NCBI GenBank assembly: GCA_026387475.1
Contig: JAPLLN010000035.1
Span: 1-54,792 of the forward strand
DNA length: 54,792 nucleotides
Reading direction: 5' to 3'
DNA from: Candidatus Omnitrophota bacterium
GTDB lineage: Bacteria > Omnitrophota > Gorgyraeia > Gygaellales > Profunditerraquicolaceae
Position 1 is the first letter of the stretch; every line of letters begins with the position of its first letter. The notes beneath the pieces are model-generated. The model did no database searches, had not been told where the DNA came from, and was given only the letters and a program-made list of their open reading frames with translations. Position numbers and translations under genes: made by a program. Shown piece after piece: positions 9,933-18,773 of the stretch.

Positions 9933-10292
9933 TTACGCCTTCTTGATCTCTTTGACCAGATCGACTAATTTCTTGAATGCCTGGGCATCCGTGACTGCCA
10001 GATCCGCGAGAATCTTTCTGTCGATGGAGACCTTAGCCTTCTTAAGCCCGTTCATAAAGGCGCTGTAGGTTATCCCGGCCTGCCTGCAGGCGGCATTGAT
10101 GCGCACGATCCAGAGTGAGCGGATCTCTCTCTTCTTGTTCCGCCTGTCGCGGTAAGAATACACCAAGGCGTGCATTAACGCCCGGCGCGCCTGCTGGAAC
10201 TGCTTAGACCTTTTCCCCCAGAAACCTTTGGTCTTTTTTAATAATCTCTTCTTTCTTCTGCGTGTTGCACCGCTGTGTTTTATTTTAGCCAT
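9933..10292 (-). CDS. rplT: 50S ribosomal protein L20
   Basis: [26 protein letters not shown] is a typical L20 N-terminus. I moved the start from the track start (10322) to the ATG at 10290-10292, which follows AAAGGAG. Confidence 0.9.
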   Translation of the reverse strand: MAKIKHSGATRRRKKRLLKKTKGFWGKRSKQFQQARRALMHALVYSYRDRRNKKREIRSLWIVRINAACRQAGITYSAFMNGLKKAKVSIDRKILADLAVTDAQAFKKLVDLVKEIKKA

Positions 10293-10354
10293 TGATACTC
10301 CTTTTGTATACGAATACAACACCCGCGCAATTCCGATAAGCGCGGGGTGTCCCG

Positions 10355-10555
10355 TTAGCCGTAAGGCAACATGGATCTAATGAATGCCTTCTCTTTTCTC
10401 TCGTGTAGATACGAGGCCTTTCTTAAAGACCTCTTTCTTTTAGTCTTCTTGCTCGTCGCCAGATGCGATTTTCCGCCGGAATGGTACTTTAATCTGCCCT
10501 TTTTAGTCAGCTTGTACCGCTTGGCAACGCCCTTCTTGGTCTTCAGTTTTCCCAT
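10355..10555 (-). CDS. rpmI: 50S ribosomal protein L35
   Basis: 66-aa basic protein ([32 protein letters not shown]) located between infC and rplT. Confidence 0.9.
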   Translation of the reverse strand: MGKLKTKKGVAKRYKLTKKGRLKYHSGGKSHLATSKKTKRKRSLRKASYLHERKEKAFIRSMLPYG

Positions 10556-10582
10556 TTTTACTCACTCCTCGCTTTGCTTGGT

Positions 10583-11089
10583 TTATTTCGGTGAAACCAC
10601 AAAATACATGATCCTGCCTTCTAAGGCAGGCGCCTTTTCGATCTGTCCGTCTACCTGAACGGATGCGATAAATCTATCTAAAACTTTTCTGCCCAGGTCC
10701 AGATGCTCCATCTGCCGGCCGCGGAAAAAGAGGTTTATCTTTACCTTGTCTTTTTTCTTCAGGAAAGATATGCACTGTTTTGCCTTGGTCTCAAAATCAT
10801 GGTCATCGATATTGGGCTTTAAGCGGATCTCTTTTAAACGGCCCTGCTTCTGGTGTTTCTTGGCCTCGCGCTCTTTTTTCTCCTGATCGTATTTAAATTT
10901 ACTGAAATCGATGATGCGGCATACCGGCGGAGAAGCGCTGGCAGCTACTTCCACCAGGTCCAGATCAGCCTGACTAGCCAACTCCAATGCCTTCTGGATA
11001 GTGACAACGCCCAGCTGGTCTCCTTCCGCGCCGATCAATCTGACTTGCGGCACGCGGATCCTGTCGTTAACGCGTATGAACTTTTTTAT
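10583..11089 (-). CDS. infC: translation initiation factor IF-3, probable non-canonical ATA start
   Basis: IF3 N- and C-domains are present. The frame stays open upstream of the track start and reads I-K-K-F-I-R-V-N-D-R-I-R-V-P-Q-V-R-L-I, which is IF3-like. The ATA at 11087-11089 lies 6 nt after GGAGG. Confidence 0.8.
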   Translation of the reverse strand: MKKFIRVNDRIRVPQVRLIGAEGDQLGVVTIQKALELASQADLDLVEVAASASPPVCRIIDFSKFKYDQEKKEREAKKHQKQGRLKEIRLKPNIDDHDFETKAKQCISFLKKKDKVKINLFFRGRQMEHLDLGRKVLDRFIASVQVDGQIEKAPALEGRIMYFVVSPK

Positions 11090-11125
11090 AGCACACCTCC
11101 TGTGTTTATCGCCTAAGCTCCGAGC

Positions 11126-12853
11126 CTAGGCCCTGTTTTTAATCTCTTCTTTTAATTCCCGGATAAAATCTTCCGTCTTTTTAGCGCCCTGGTCTCCCTT
11201 ACCTTTGCGCCTGACCGCGACGCTTCCTGATTTCGCTTCTCGTTCGCCGACGACCAGGATGTACGGGATCTTATTTACCTCGGCATTGCGTATTTTCTTA
11301 TCCAAGGTCTCGTTGCGGGCATCTATTTCGACGCGCACGCCCGCTTCTTCTAATTGCTTCTTAGTGTTTTCAGCGTACTCTTTCACCGTGTCTTTGATCG
11401 GGATCATCTCAACCTGCACCGGCGCAAGCCAGACCGGGAACTCTCCGTTATAATGCTCGGTAAGCGCGCCGATAAAACGCTCAACACTTCCTAATAATAC
11501 GCGATGCAGCATTATCGGCTGCCTTTCTTTCCCTTCGGAATCTATGTAAGCAAGATTAAACCTTTTGGGGAGCGCGAAATCGCACTGGATAGTCGCGCAC
11601 TGCCAGGACCTCTTGAGCGCGTCCTTTAATTTAATATCGATCTTCGGCCCGTAAAACGCGCCTTCTCCGGCATTAATCTCGTACTGCAAACCTTTTTCTT
11701 TTAACGCGCCTTCCAGCGCATCGGTCGCGGCAAGCCAGTCCTCGTCGCTGCCGATATGCTTCTCCGGACGGGTGCTTAACTCTATGGCGACATCTTTAAA
11801 GCCAAAAACTTTCATCGTATCAAAAACAAAATCTATCACGGCCTTTATCTCGGCGCGCAGCTGCTCGGGTAAGCAAAAAATATGCGCATCGTCCTGCGTA
11901 AACCCGCGCACGCGTAAAAGCCCGTGCAAAACACCGGCCTTTTCATGACGGTAGACCGTGCCCAGCTCAAAGAGCCGCAGAGGCAGGTCTTTGTAACTAC
12001 GCATCTTAGACTTGTAAATTAAAATATGCCCCGGGCAATTCATCGGCTTCAAAACAAACTCCCGCTCTTCGATTTTAAAGGTGTACATGTTCTCTTTATA
12101 ATAATCGTAGTGGCCGGAGGTCTTCCAGAGTTCAGCCTGCATAATGTGCGGGGTGACTACGATCTGATATCCGCGCTTTAAATGCTCGTCCTTCTCGTAA
12201 TCTTCGATGATCTTGCGTAAGATAGCGCCCTTGGGGTGATAAAAAACCAGACCCGCGCCTGCTTCCTCATGATAAATATCAAAAAGCTCCAAGGCCGGGC
12301 CTAATTTTCTGTGGTCGCGCTTCTTGGCCTCTTCCAGATTCGCCGAATATTCATCCAGCTGTTTCTGGGTCTCAAAACAGGTGGCGTAAATCCTCTGCAG
12401 CATAGGGTTAGTCTCAAGCCCGTGCCAATACGCGCCGGCGACAGAGAGCAATTTAAAGGCCTTAATTTCTGCGGTAGATTTTATATGCGGGCCGCGGCAA
12501 AGATCAGTGAATGACTTCCCGGTTTTATAGATTGAAACAGTCTCGTCCGGAAGATTGGCGATCAATTCTTCTTTATACGGCTCGTTGAGTTTTTTAAAAA
12601 GTTTCAGCGCCTCTGCCTTAGGGAGTTCTTCGCGGGTAAAGGGCTCGGACTTAGCGATGATCTCGCGCATCTTTTTCTCGATCTTTACCAGGTCCTCGTC
12701 GGTAAACGGCTCCTTCTTGTCAAAATCATAATAAAAACCGCCTTCAATGGACGGGCCGATACCGAGGCGCGCCTCCGGCCAGAGCTCTTTGACCGCTTGA
12801 GCCATGACGTGCGAACACGAATGCCTTAATATATCTAAATCTGTTTTATTCAC
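11126..12853 (-). CDS. thrS: threonine--tRNA ligase (no N-terminal TGS domain)
   Basis: The protein starts at the editing domain (ILRHSCSHVMAQAVKELWP). Class II catalytic and anticodon-binding regions are present. Confidence 0.9.
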   Translation of the reverse strand: MNKTDLDILRHSCSHVMAQAVKELWPEARLGIGPSIEGGFYYDFDKKEPFTDEDLVKIEKKMREIIAKSEPFTREELPKAEALKLFKKLNEPYKEELIANLPDETVSIYKTGKSFTDLCRGPHIKSTAEIKAFKLLSVAGAYWHGLETNPMLQRIYATCFETQKQLDEYSANLEEAKKRDHRKLGPALELFDIYHEEAGAGLVFYHPKGAILRKIIEDYEKDEHLKRGYQIVVTPHIMQAELWKTSGHYDYYKENMYTFKIEEREFVLKPMNCPGHILIYKSKMRSYKDLPLRLFELGTVYRHEKAGVLHGLLRVRGFTQDDAHIFCLPEQLRAEIKAVIDFVFDTMKVFGFKDVAIELSTRPEKHIGSDEDWLAATDALEGALKEKGLQYEINAGEGAFYGPKIDIKLKDALKRSWQCATIQCDFALPKRFNLAYIDSEGKERQPIMLHRVLLGSVERFIGALTEHYNGEFPVWLAPVQVEMIPIKDTVKEYAENTKKQLEEAGVRVEIDARNETLDKKIRNAEVNKIPYILVVGEREAKSGSVAVRRKGKGDQGAKKTEDFIRELKEEIKNRA

Positions 12854-13922
12854 TGGAGAATATCTTCTCGCTTAAGAGCCCTAATTTCTGGAACTGCTGG
12901 AAGAATAACGGGAAATACCTTATTGCCGGCTTCAGCTCCCCGATTATACTGCCGTCGGGTTCGACCTTCTTGGTCTCAAACATAAAGAGGTCGTTGAATT
13001 GTATCTCTTCGCGGTCCAGGCCGCGGATCTCGGTAATGTGCGTGACCCGGCGCACCCCGTCTTTCATTTTCTCGATGTGCACTACCATATTTACGGTCGA
13101 GGCGATCAATTTTCTGATCTCCCAGAGCGGCAGATTTATCCCTGACATAAGCACCATAGTTTCAAGCCGGGCAATGACATCGCGGGCAGAATTTCCGTGG
13201 ATAATCCCGATAGTCCCGGTATGCCCCACTGCCATAGCCTGGAGCATGTCGATCGCTTCCGCGCCGCGGACTTCGCCTACTACTATGCGATTAGGCGACA
13301 TACGCAGGGCGTTACGGATCAAATCGCGCAAAGACACCCCGCCCTTGCCATCCCTGTCTGGTGTCCGGGTCTCAAGATAAATAACGTTCTCCTGATCCAG
13401 CTTAAGTTCCGCCGCATCTTCGATAGTAATGACCCGTTCATTGCCGGCAAAATAGCGCGAGAGCATCTGCAGCAAAGTAGTCTTTCCGACGCCGGTGCCG
13501 CCGGAAAAAAGAATATTTATTTTTCCTTTGACCGCAGCCACCAGAAGATCCGCCGCGCGCTGGTTCAAAGTCCCCTTCTTCACCAGATCATCCAGGCTAT
13601 TGATCTCTTTGGAGAATTTCCTGAAGGTAACCGCAATGCCGAAGCGCGAGATCGGAGAAATGATCGCGTTAACGCGCGTCCCGTCTTCAAGGCAGACATC
13701 CGCGTAAGGCACATCTTTATCCACGCGCTTGCCCCGCAGGCTGTACATCCCCTGGACGAGTTTCAAGACCTCTTCTTCATTGGCAAACTTTACGTCGGTC
13801 TTAGTCCTCTTCCCGTGTTTTTCGATAAATACGTACTCCGGGCCGTTGACCATGATCTCGGATATCTCCGGATCATCCATCAACTTCTGTAAAGGGCCGA
13901 ACTCGCGCGCATTTTCGGGCAT
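12846..13922 (-). CDS. CpaF/TadA-family type II/IV secretion ATPase (orphan)
   Basis: Walker A motif FSGGTGVGKTTLL, Asp/His boxes (ITIEDAAEL, GHTGTIGIIHGNS) and a CpaF-like N-terminus (ISEIMVNGPEYVFIEKHGK). Confidence 0.8.
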   Translation of the reverse strand: MPENAREFGPLQKLMDDPEISEIMVNGPEYVFIEKHGKRTKTDVKFANEEEVLKLVQGMYSLRGKRVDKDVPYADVCLEDGTRVNAIISPISRFGIAVTFRKFSKEINSLDDLVKKGTLNQRAADLLVAAVKGKINILFSGGTGVGKTTLLQMLSRYFAGNERVITIEDAAELKLDQENVIYLETRTPDRDGKGGVSLRDLIRNALRMSPNRIVVGEVRGAEAIDMLQAMAVGHTGTIGIIHGNSARDVIARLETMVLMSGINLPLWEIRKLIASTVNMVVHIEKMKDGVRRVTHITEIRGLDREEIQFNDLFMFETKKVEPDGSIIGELKPAIRYFPLFFQQFQKLGLLSEKIFSSE

Positions 13923-13974
13923 GCTTCTCTCCTTTTATAATAAATGGCTTGCCACGTGATGGCCGAGCTATACT

Positions 13975-14009
13975 GTCCCGTAAAGCCTGCCTTCGGCAGG
14001 CCACGGGAC
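13975..14009. repeat. nested GC-rich palindromic hairpin (REP-like), related to 28867-28903 and 52748-52783
   Basis: gtcccgt-aaa-gcctgcc-ttc-ggcaggc-c-acgggac. The 17-mer gcctgccttcggcaggc recurs exactly at 52767-52783. The outer cccgtaaagcc...ccacggg recurs at 28873-28895. Confidence 0.8.
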
Positions 14010-14046
14010 ACGTAAAATGCATACACGTGGGTGAGACCATTTTACG

Positions 14047-14123
14047 TGGTGGGCCCATGAGGATTCGGACCTCAGACCTTTGCGATGTCAACGCAACGCT
14101 CTAACCAACTGAGCTATGAGCCC
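14047..14123 (-). tRNA. tRNA-Val (anticodon GAC), CCA encoded
   Basis: Folded by hand from the rc sequence GGGCTCATAGCTCAGTTGGTTAGAGCGTTGCGTTGACATCGCAAAGGTCTGAGGTCCGAATCCTCATGGGCCCACCA. All four stems pair. Confidence 0.9.
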
Positions 14124-14134
14124 TGATTTTTCAA

Positions 14135-14217
14135 TGGGCAAGGAGGGAGTCGGACCCTCACAACCTTACGGTCAACAGATTTTAAGTCTGTCGTGTATGC
14201 CATTCCACCACTTGCCC
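14135..14217 (-). tRNA. tRNA-Leu (anticodon TAA), long variable arm
   Basis: Taken from the rc sequence GGGCAAGTGGTGGAATGGCATACACGACAGACTTAAAATCTGTTGACCGTAAGGTTGTGAGGGTCCGACTCCCTCCTTGCCCA. The acceptor, anticodon and T stems pair. Confidence 0.9.
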
Positions 14218-14316
14218 TTGAGCACAAATATGCGCCAAAGGCGCATTTAGCGAAATCCCGCGAGCAGCCCTGGTTAACTAGTCAGCTGCGAAACGGGAGA
14301 AGCATTACAGAAATTC

Positions 14317-14388
14317 AGGCGCGGAGCGGATTCGAACCGCTGAATAGCGGTTTTGCAGACCGCTGCCTTGCCACTTGGCTACCGCGCC
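14317..14388 (-). tRNA. tRNA-Cys (anticodon GCA)
   Basis: Taken from the rc sequence GGCGCGGTAGCCAAGTGGCAAGGCAGCGGTCTGCAAAACCGCTATTCAGCGGTTCGAATCCGCTCCGCGCCT. It folds as a cloverleaf. Confidence 0.9.
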
Positions 14389-14395
14389 AAAAATA

Positions 14396-14935
14396 TCAAA
14401 GACTACTTTTTGCCGCTTTTACAATTGTCTCAACCTCTGCCAAACAACCGATGCCGGACTTACCGCAGGCAAGCTTACCCTCTCTCGGCTCGACAAATTT
14501 ATATCCCAGTGATTTTAAGGCCTTGATGTTATTCTGTGTGATCTTATTCTTATACATATTCGTATTCATCGCCGGAGCAATGAGAACGGGTGCCTTGGTC
14601 GCGGATATAACGCAAGTTAACAAATCGTCGCAGATACCCGCGGCAACCTTGGCGATGATATTCGCCGTAGCCGGAGCCACCAAAACTAAGTCCGCCTTAT
14701 CCGCCAAAGAAATATGCTCAATTTCCCATTCCTCGGGATCAGAGAACATGCCTGTATAGACTTTATTACCCGAAAGGCTCTGGAAGACGATCGGCTTGAT
14801 CAGCTCTTCGGCCTCGCTGGTCATTACCACCGTCACAGAATAACCCGCATCGCGCAGCCGGCGCACCAAATCGCAGGCCTTATAAATAGCGATGCTCGCA
14901 GTGACGCCGAGAATGATATTTTTTGCTTTATTCAT
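14396..14935 (-). CDS. coaC: phosphopantothenoylcysteine decarboxylase (stand-alone CoaC flavoprotein half)
   Basis: The sequence ILGVTASIAIYKACDLVRRL...LVAPATANIIAKVAAGICDDLL...PAMNTNMY matches the CoaBC N-terminal domain. No CoaB half is fused. Confidence 0.8.
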   Translation of the reverse strand: MNKAKNIILGVTASIAIYKACDLVRRLRDAGYSVTVVMTSEAEELIKPIVFQSLSGNKVYTGMFSDPEEWEIEHISLADKADLVLVAPATANIIAKVAAGICDDLLTCVISATKAPVLIAPAMNTNMYKNKITQNNIKALKSLGYKFVEPREGKLACGKSGIGCLAEVETIVKAAKSSL

Positions 14936-14940
14936 CGAAG

Positions 14941-15150
14941 TTAATCCTTAGGCTTGCTGATCTTGCATTCGATCTTACCGCCGGATATTTCCATAAGCGC
15001 CACGGTGGAAGGCTTTATTGTCGAGGCAGCCTCTACCAGCTTAGGCTGTCCTTCGGCTATCTCCAACGCCCTTTTGGACGCCAGGATGACCAGTTTATAG
15101 ATCGAGTTGCAGCTTTTATCAAGCAGTGTCTCTCTTCCTAAATAAACCAT
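14941..15150 (-). CDS. rpoZ: DNA-directed RNA polymerase omega subunit
   Basis: 69-aa protein. The YKLVILASKRALEI core is typical of omega, and it sits directly downstream of gmk. Confidence 0.8.
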   Translation of the reverse strand: MVYLGRETLLDKSCNSIYKLVILASKRALEIAEGQPKLVEAASTIKPSTVALMEISGGKIECKISKPKD

Positions 15151-15168
15151 CTTTACCCCTCTCTCGCT

Positions 15169-15747
15169 TTATTTAAGTTCCCCTAAAATAATACCCTTGA
15201 GCTCTTTTACCGCTTGCGGCAAATCCTTGTTTACCAGGCGATGATCGAATTTGTGCGCAAGCTTCAATTCCTCCCGGGCTAATTTAACCCGCCTGGCGAC
15301 TTCTTCTTTTTTGGTATGGCTGCAGCGCCGGGAGATCCTCTGATGCAATGCCTTTAATGACGGCGGCTTGATAAAAATGGTGACCGCGTCAGCCGGAAAA
15401 AGGCGTTTAACGCACGCCGCGCCCTTGAAGTCCAAACAGAGTATTATGCTCTTGCCTTCCTTAAGCTTGCCCGTTACAAAATCCCGGTTTGTGGCGTAAT
15501 AATAACCCAAATAGCGCGTCCATTCAAGGATTTTCTTGACCTTAAGCAGGCGCTTAAATTCCGGTAACGTTATAAAAAAATAATCCCTCCCATTCCTTTC
15601 TCCCGAGCGCGAGCGCCGGGTGGTAAACGAGACGGATTTGGCGAACTTTTTCTTTAAAGCGCGGTCCTTAAGCACCGCATCGCGCAGGGTAGTCTTACCC
15701 GAGCCCGACGGACCGGAAATCACGAAGACCTTGCCTTGTTTTCTCAC
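15169..15747 (-). CDS. gmk: guanylate kinase
   Basis: P-loop ISGPSGSGKTTL, followed by SVSFTTRRSRSGERNGRDYFF. Confidence 0.9.
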   Translation of the reverse strand: MRKQGKVFVISGPSGSGKTTLRDAVLKDRALKKKFAKSVSFTTRRSRSGERNGRDYFFITLPEFKRLLKVKKILEWTRYLGYYYATNRDFVTGKLKEGKSIILCLDFKGAACVKRLFPADAVTIFIKPPSLKALHQRISRRCSHTKKEEVARRVKLAREELKLAHKFDHRLVNKDLPQAVKELKGIILGELK

Positions 15748-16571
15748 TCTATATTCTGCACTTGCTCGCGGATCTTTTCTATCTGGCTCTTCATCTGCAC
15801 TACGCGCGCAGATACCTGGGTATCGAGCGTCTTGGCTGCCAGGGTATTGGCCTCCCGCTGCATCTCTTGAGCGATAAAATCAAGCTCTTTGCCGACGCTC
15901 CCGGCCTTGGCCAGCTTCCCGGAGAAATTACGGATATGGAACGCCAGCCTCTCGATCTCTTCGCTTACATTGGCGTCTTTTAAGAACGCGCAGCGCTCGT
16001 CATCAGTCTGCAATTTGGCCAGTTTATCTTTGGTAATTTTTTTATTCCTTGTTTTGATGATCTCCAGCTGCTCTTTCAGGCCCTGCGCCCTTCTTTTTAA
16101 GAAAACAAAAAGCGCCTTGCCTTCTTTGGCGCGCGTGCGGGCCAATTCCTTTACCGACCTCTCCACTAAAACTTTAAGCCGCGGCCAGATGCTCTCTGCC
16201 GGAACCTTTCCTTCTTCAAGCGAAAGCACTCCCGGAAGATGCATCAAAGTATTCAAACTCAAATCGTCTTTGATGCCGAATTCTCTCCCTGCTTTTTTAA
16301 GCGAGCGGATATAATTTTTTAGCAGCGCCTTATTAATGGCGACACCCGAACCCTCTCCGCCGGCGATATTAATAGCGCAGGTGACCCTCCCTCTTTTGGT
16401 CTTGGATTCTATGCACTTTTTTATCTTGTCTTCCAGCGATAAGAATCCGACGGGGAGATGAAAAATAGTCTCTAAAAATTTATGGTTGGCACTCCGCAGC
16501 TCCACGGTCATTTTACCAAAAGGTAAAACCCTGCCGTGGCTGCTCCCGAAACCGGTCATACTTTGGATCAT
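15744..16571 (-). CDS. yicC: YicC/YloC-family protein
   Basis: MIQSMTGFG is the canonical N-terminus, and the C-terminus reads GKELDFIAQEMQREANTLAAK. I moved the start to the ATG at 16569-16571, which overlaps the ndk stop as TAATG. Confidence 0.85.
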   Translation of the reverse strand: MIQSMTGFGSSHGRVLPFGKMTVELRSANHKFLETIFHLPVGFLSLEDKIKKCIESKTKRGRVTCAINIAGGEGSGVAINKALLKNYIRSLKKAGREFGIKDDLSLNTLMHLPGVLSLEEGKVPAESIWPRLKVLVERSVKELARTRAKEGKALFVFLKRRAQGLKEQLEIIKTRNKKITKDKLAKLQTDDERCAFLKDANVSEEIERLAFHIRNFSGKLAKAGSVGKELDFIAQEMQREANTLAAKTLDTQVSARVVQMKSQIEKIREQVQNIE

Positions 16572-17071
16572 TACCAGGCCTTTCTTTTGAACTCTTTTTC
16601 TACGATATTTTTTACCGGATACAGATCCACGATAATTTCTTTGGGCTCGAACCAAAGCTTGATCTCTCTCTCCGCTTCCTCGGGATTAGAAGAAACATGT
16701 ATGGCGTTTTCATAGACGCCGCTCGTAGTGATGCGGCCGTAAGAGCCGCGTATCGACGTCGGGTCCGCCTCCTCGGGATTAGTCGCGCCCGCTAATTCCC
16801 GGCACTTGGTTATCGCGTCCTTCCCCCAGTAAACCAGGGCCATCACCTTTTTGCGCTCATGAAAATCACCCTGCAGATATTTGATGATCTCCTCGAAGAA
16901 CGGCTTTTCTTTAAGGTGTTTGTAATGCTCGATGGCGAGGTCGCGCGAGACGCGCACCATCTTGGCCGCGACGATCTCCAGTTTGGTCTCCGACAGGCGC
17001 GTCAGGATGTTGCCTGTCAAAGATTTCTTCAGCCCGTCGGGCTTGATCAAAATTAAGACTGCCTGGTTCAT
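16571..17071 (-). CDS. ndk: nucleoside-diphosphate kinase
   Basis: LILIKPDG, the active-site context NAIHVSS and SIRGSYG are present. Confidence 0.85.
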   Translation of the reverse strand: MNQAVLILIKPDGLKKSLTGNILTRLSETKLEIVAAKMVRVSRDLAIEHYKHLKEKPFFEEIIKYLQGDFHERKKVMALVYWGKDAITKCRELAGATNPEEADPTSIRGSYGRITTSGVYENAIHVSSNPEEAEREIKLWFEPKEIIVDLYPVKNIVEKEFKRKAW

Positions 17072-17928
17072 TTTTTTACGCCTCCCCTGAAGATGTTCAT
17101 GATCCTATCCAGCTCCTCTTGCGAATAAAATTCGATCATAATGTGCCCGCGTTTTTTTCTTTTACTGATGCGCACCTTGGTAGCCAGGATGTGCTGCAGC
17201 TCCTCTTCCAAAACCCCTACCATCGGCTCGCGCACACCCATCCCGATTTTCTTCTTCGGCATCTTCGGCCGGCGCATCTTGACTAAATTTTCCAACTCCC
17301 TTACCGACAAACCCTTGGATATAGTTTCCTGCACCAACCGGCGCTGTTCGTTAGCATCCTCGATCTCTAAAAGCGTCCTGCCGTGGGCAAAAGAAATCCT
17401 CCCCAGTTTCATCTCCTGCTGGACCTCGTGCGGAAGATTTAAAAGACGCAAGGTGTTGTTGATCGTCGCTCTCCCCATCCCCAATACTTCGCTTATTTTT
17501 TCCTGGGTCACGTGAAATTTATCGATAAGGTGTTGAAAGGCGTGGGCTTCTTCGATAGGATTCAAACCCTGCCGCTGGATATTTTCGATCAAGGCTAATT
17601 CTAAGGAATCCTGGTCTTCAACATCTTTGACTAAGACAGGTATCTCCTTTATTCCCAATGAGTTGCAAGCACGCAAACGCCGCTCTCCGGCGATAAGTTC
17701 GAAATAGCTCCCTTTGCGCCTGACCAGCAACGGCTGGATGATCCCTTTTTCTTTGATCGACTGCGCCAGCTCTTCAATAGTCTGGGTATCAAAATCTTCG
17801 CGCGGCTGGAACGGATTAGGTTTGATCAGTTCAGATTGGACATAAAGAATTTCGTCTTTGCGCCCCTGCTCCGGTGCGTGTTCCGGAATCAAGGCACTCA
17901 AACCTTTGCCTAAAGCTCTTCTCTCCAT
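17068..17928 (-). CDS. parB: chromosome partitioning protein ParB
   Basis: ParB box (GIIQPLLVRR...YELIAGERRLRA) and an HTH (TQEKISEVLGMGRATINNTLRLL). Confidence 0.9.
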   Translation of the reverse strand: MERRALGKGLSALIPEHAPEQGRKDEILYVQSELIKPNPFQPREDFDTQTIEELAQSIKEKGIIQPLLVRRKGSYFELIAGERRLRACNSLGIKEIPVLVKDVEDQDSLELALIENIQRQGLNPIEEAHAFQHLIDKFHVTQEKISEVLGMGRATINNTLRLLNLPHEVQQEMKLGRISFAHGRTLLEIEDANEQRRLVQETISKGLSVRELENLVKMRRPKMPKKKIGMGVREPMVGVLEEELQHILATKVRISKRKKRGHIMIEFYSQEELDRIMNIFRGGVKK

Positions 17929-18692
17929 TATGGGTTTCCTCCTAAAATTTCTTTACAGAGCTCTTCGTATTTTTGCGCGCCCAAAGATTCTTTATCATAA
18001 AGCGCGATGGGCTTGCCGTAGCTCGGGGATTCGGTGAGCCGGATATTTCTCGGGATCACCGTCTGATAAACTTTCTCTTTAAAATAATTACGCGCCTCTT
18101 CGATCACCTCTTTGGTAAGGTTGGTGCGATAATCCGCCATGGTCAAAAGCACGCCTTCGATAGCCAGATTCGGATTCAGATTATCTCTCACAAGCTTAAC
18201 AGTGTTAGATAGTTGCGTCAATCCCTCTAAAGCGTAATATTCACACTGCACCGGTATGATCACCGAGTCCGCGGCGCACAATCCGTTAATTGTCAGAAGG
18301 CTTAACGACGGCGGCGAGTCGATGATAAAGAAATCAAAATTCCCTTTTTCTTTTTGCAAGGCCCGCTTCAACCTGTATTCCCTCCCCAGCGCCCCGACGA
18401 GCTCCACTTCTGCCCCGGTCAGATCCAGATTAGAAGGCGCCAGAGAAAGATTAGGCACTGCGGTGGAGAGCAGAATATCTTTCAGCTCTGCTTCTTCAAG
18501 CAGGACATGATAAGTGCTTTTAGTAACACTGTGTTTATTCAGGCCGATACCGCTGGTGGCATTGGCTTGCGGATCGAGATCGACTAAGACGACTTTCTTG
18601 CCGGAGATGGCTAGGTAGGTAGCAATATTAATTGCCGAGGTGGTTTTACCTGTGCCGCCCTTCTGATTACAAACTGTAATTATCTTACCCAT
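17928..18692 (-). CDS. parA: chromosome partitioning ATPase ParA/Soj
   Basis: Deviant Walker A motif NQKGGTGKTT, with a gene-wide resemblance to Soj. Confidence 0.9.
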   Translation of the reverse strand: MGKIITVCNQKGGTGKTTSAINIATYLAISGKKVVLVDLDPQANATSGIGLNKHSVTKSTYHVLLEEAELKDILLSTAVPNLSLAPSNLDLTGAEVELVGALGREYRLKRALQKEKGNFDFFIIDSPPSLSLLTINGLCAADSVIIPVQCEYYALEGLTQLSNTVKLVRDNLNPNLAIEGVLLTMADYRTNLTKEVIEEARNYFKEKVYQTVIPRNIRLTESPSYGKPIALYDKESLGAQKYEELCKEILGGNP

Positions 18693-18773
18693 TGATTATC
18701 AATAAGTTATGAAAAGCTCCACGCGGAGCATTGCCCTAACCTTAGCTTTATTATCTTCGAATTCCGCAGCTTG

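Noticed and set aside
13873-14759. Track ORFs 13873-14091 (minus), 14193-14759 (plus) and 48315-48497 (minus).
   Set aside because: They overlap hand-folded tRNA genes (Val, Leu, Cys, Arg) or run antisense to coaC. None has a coding signature.
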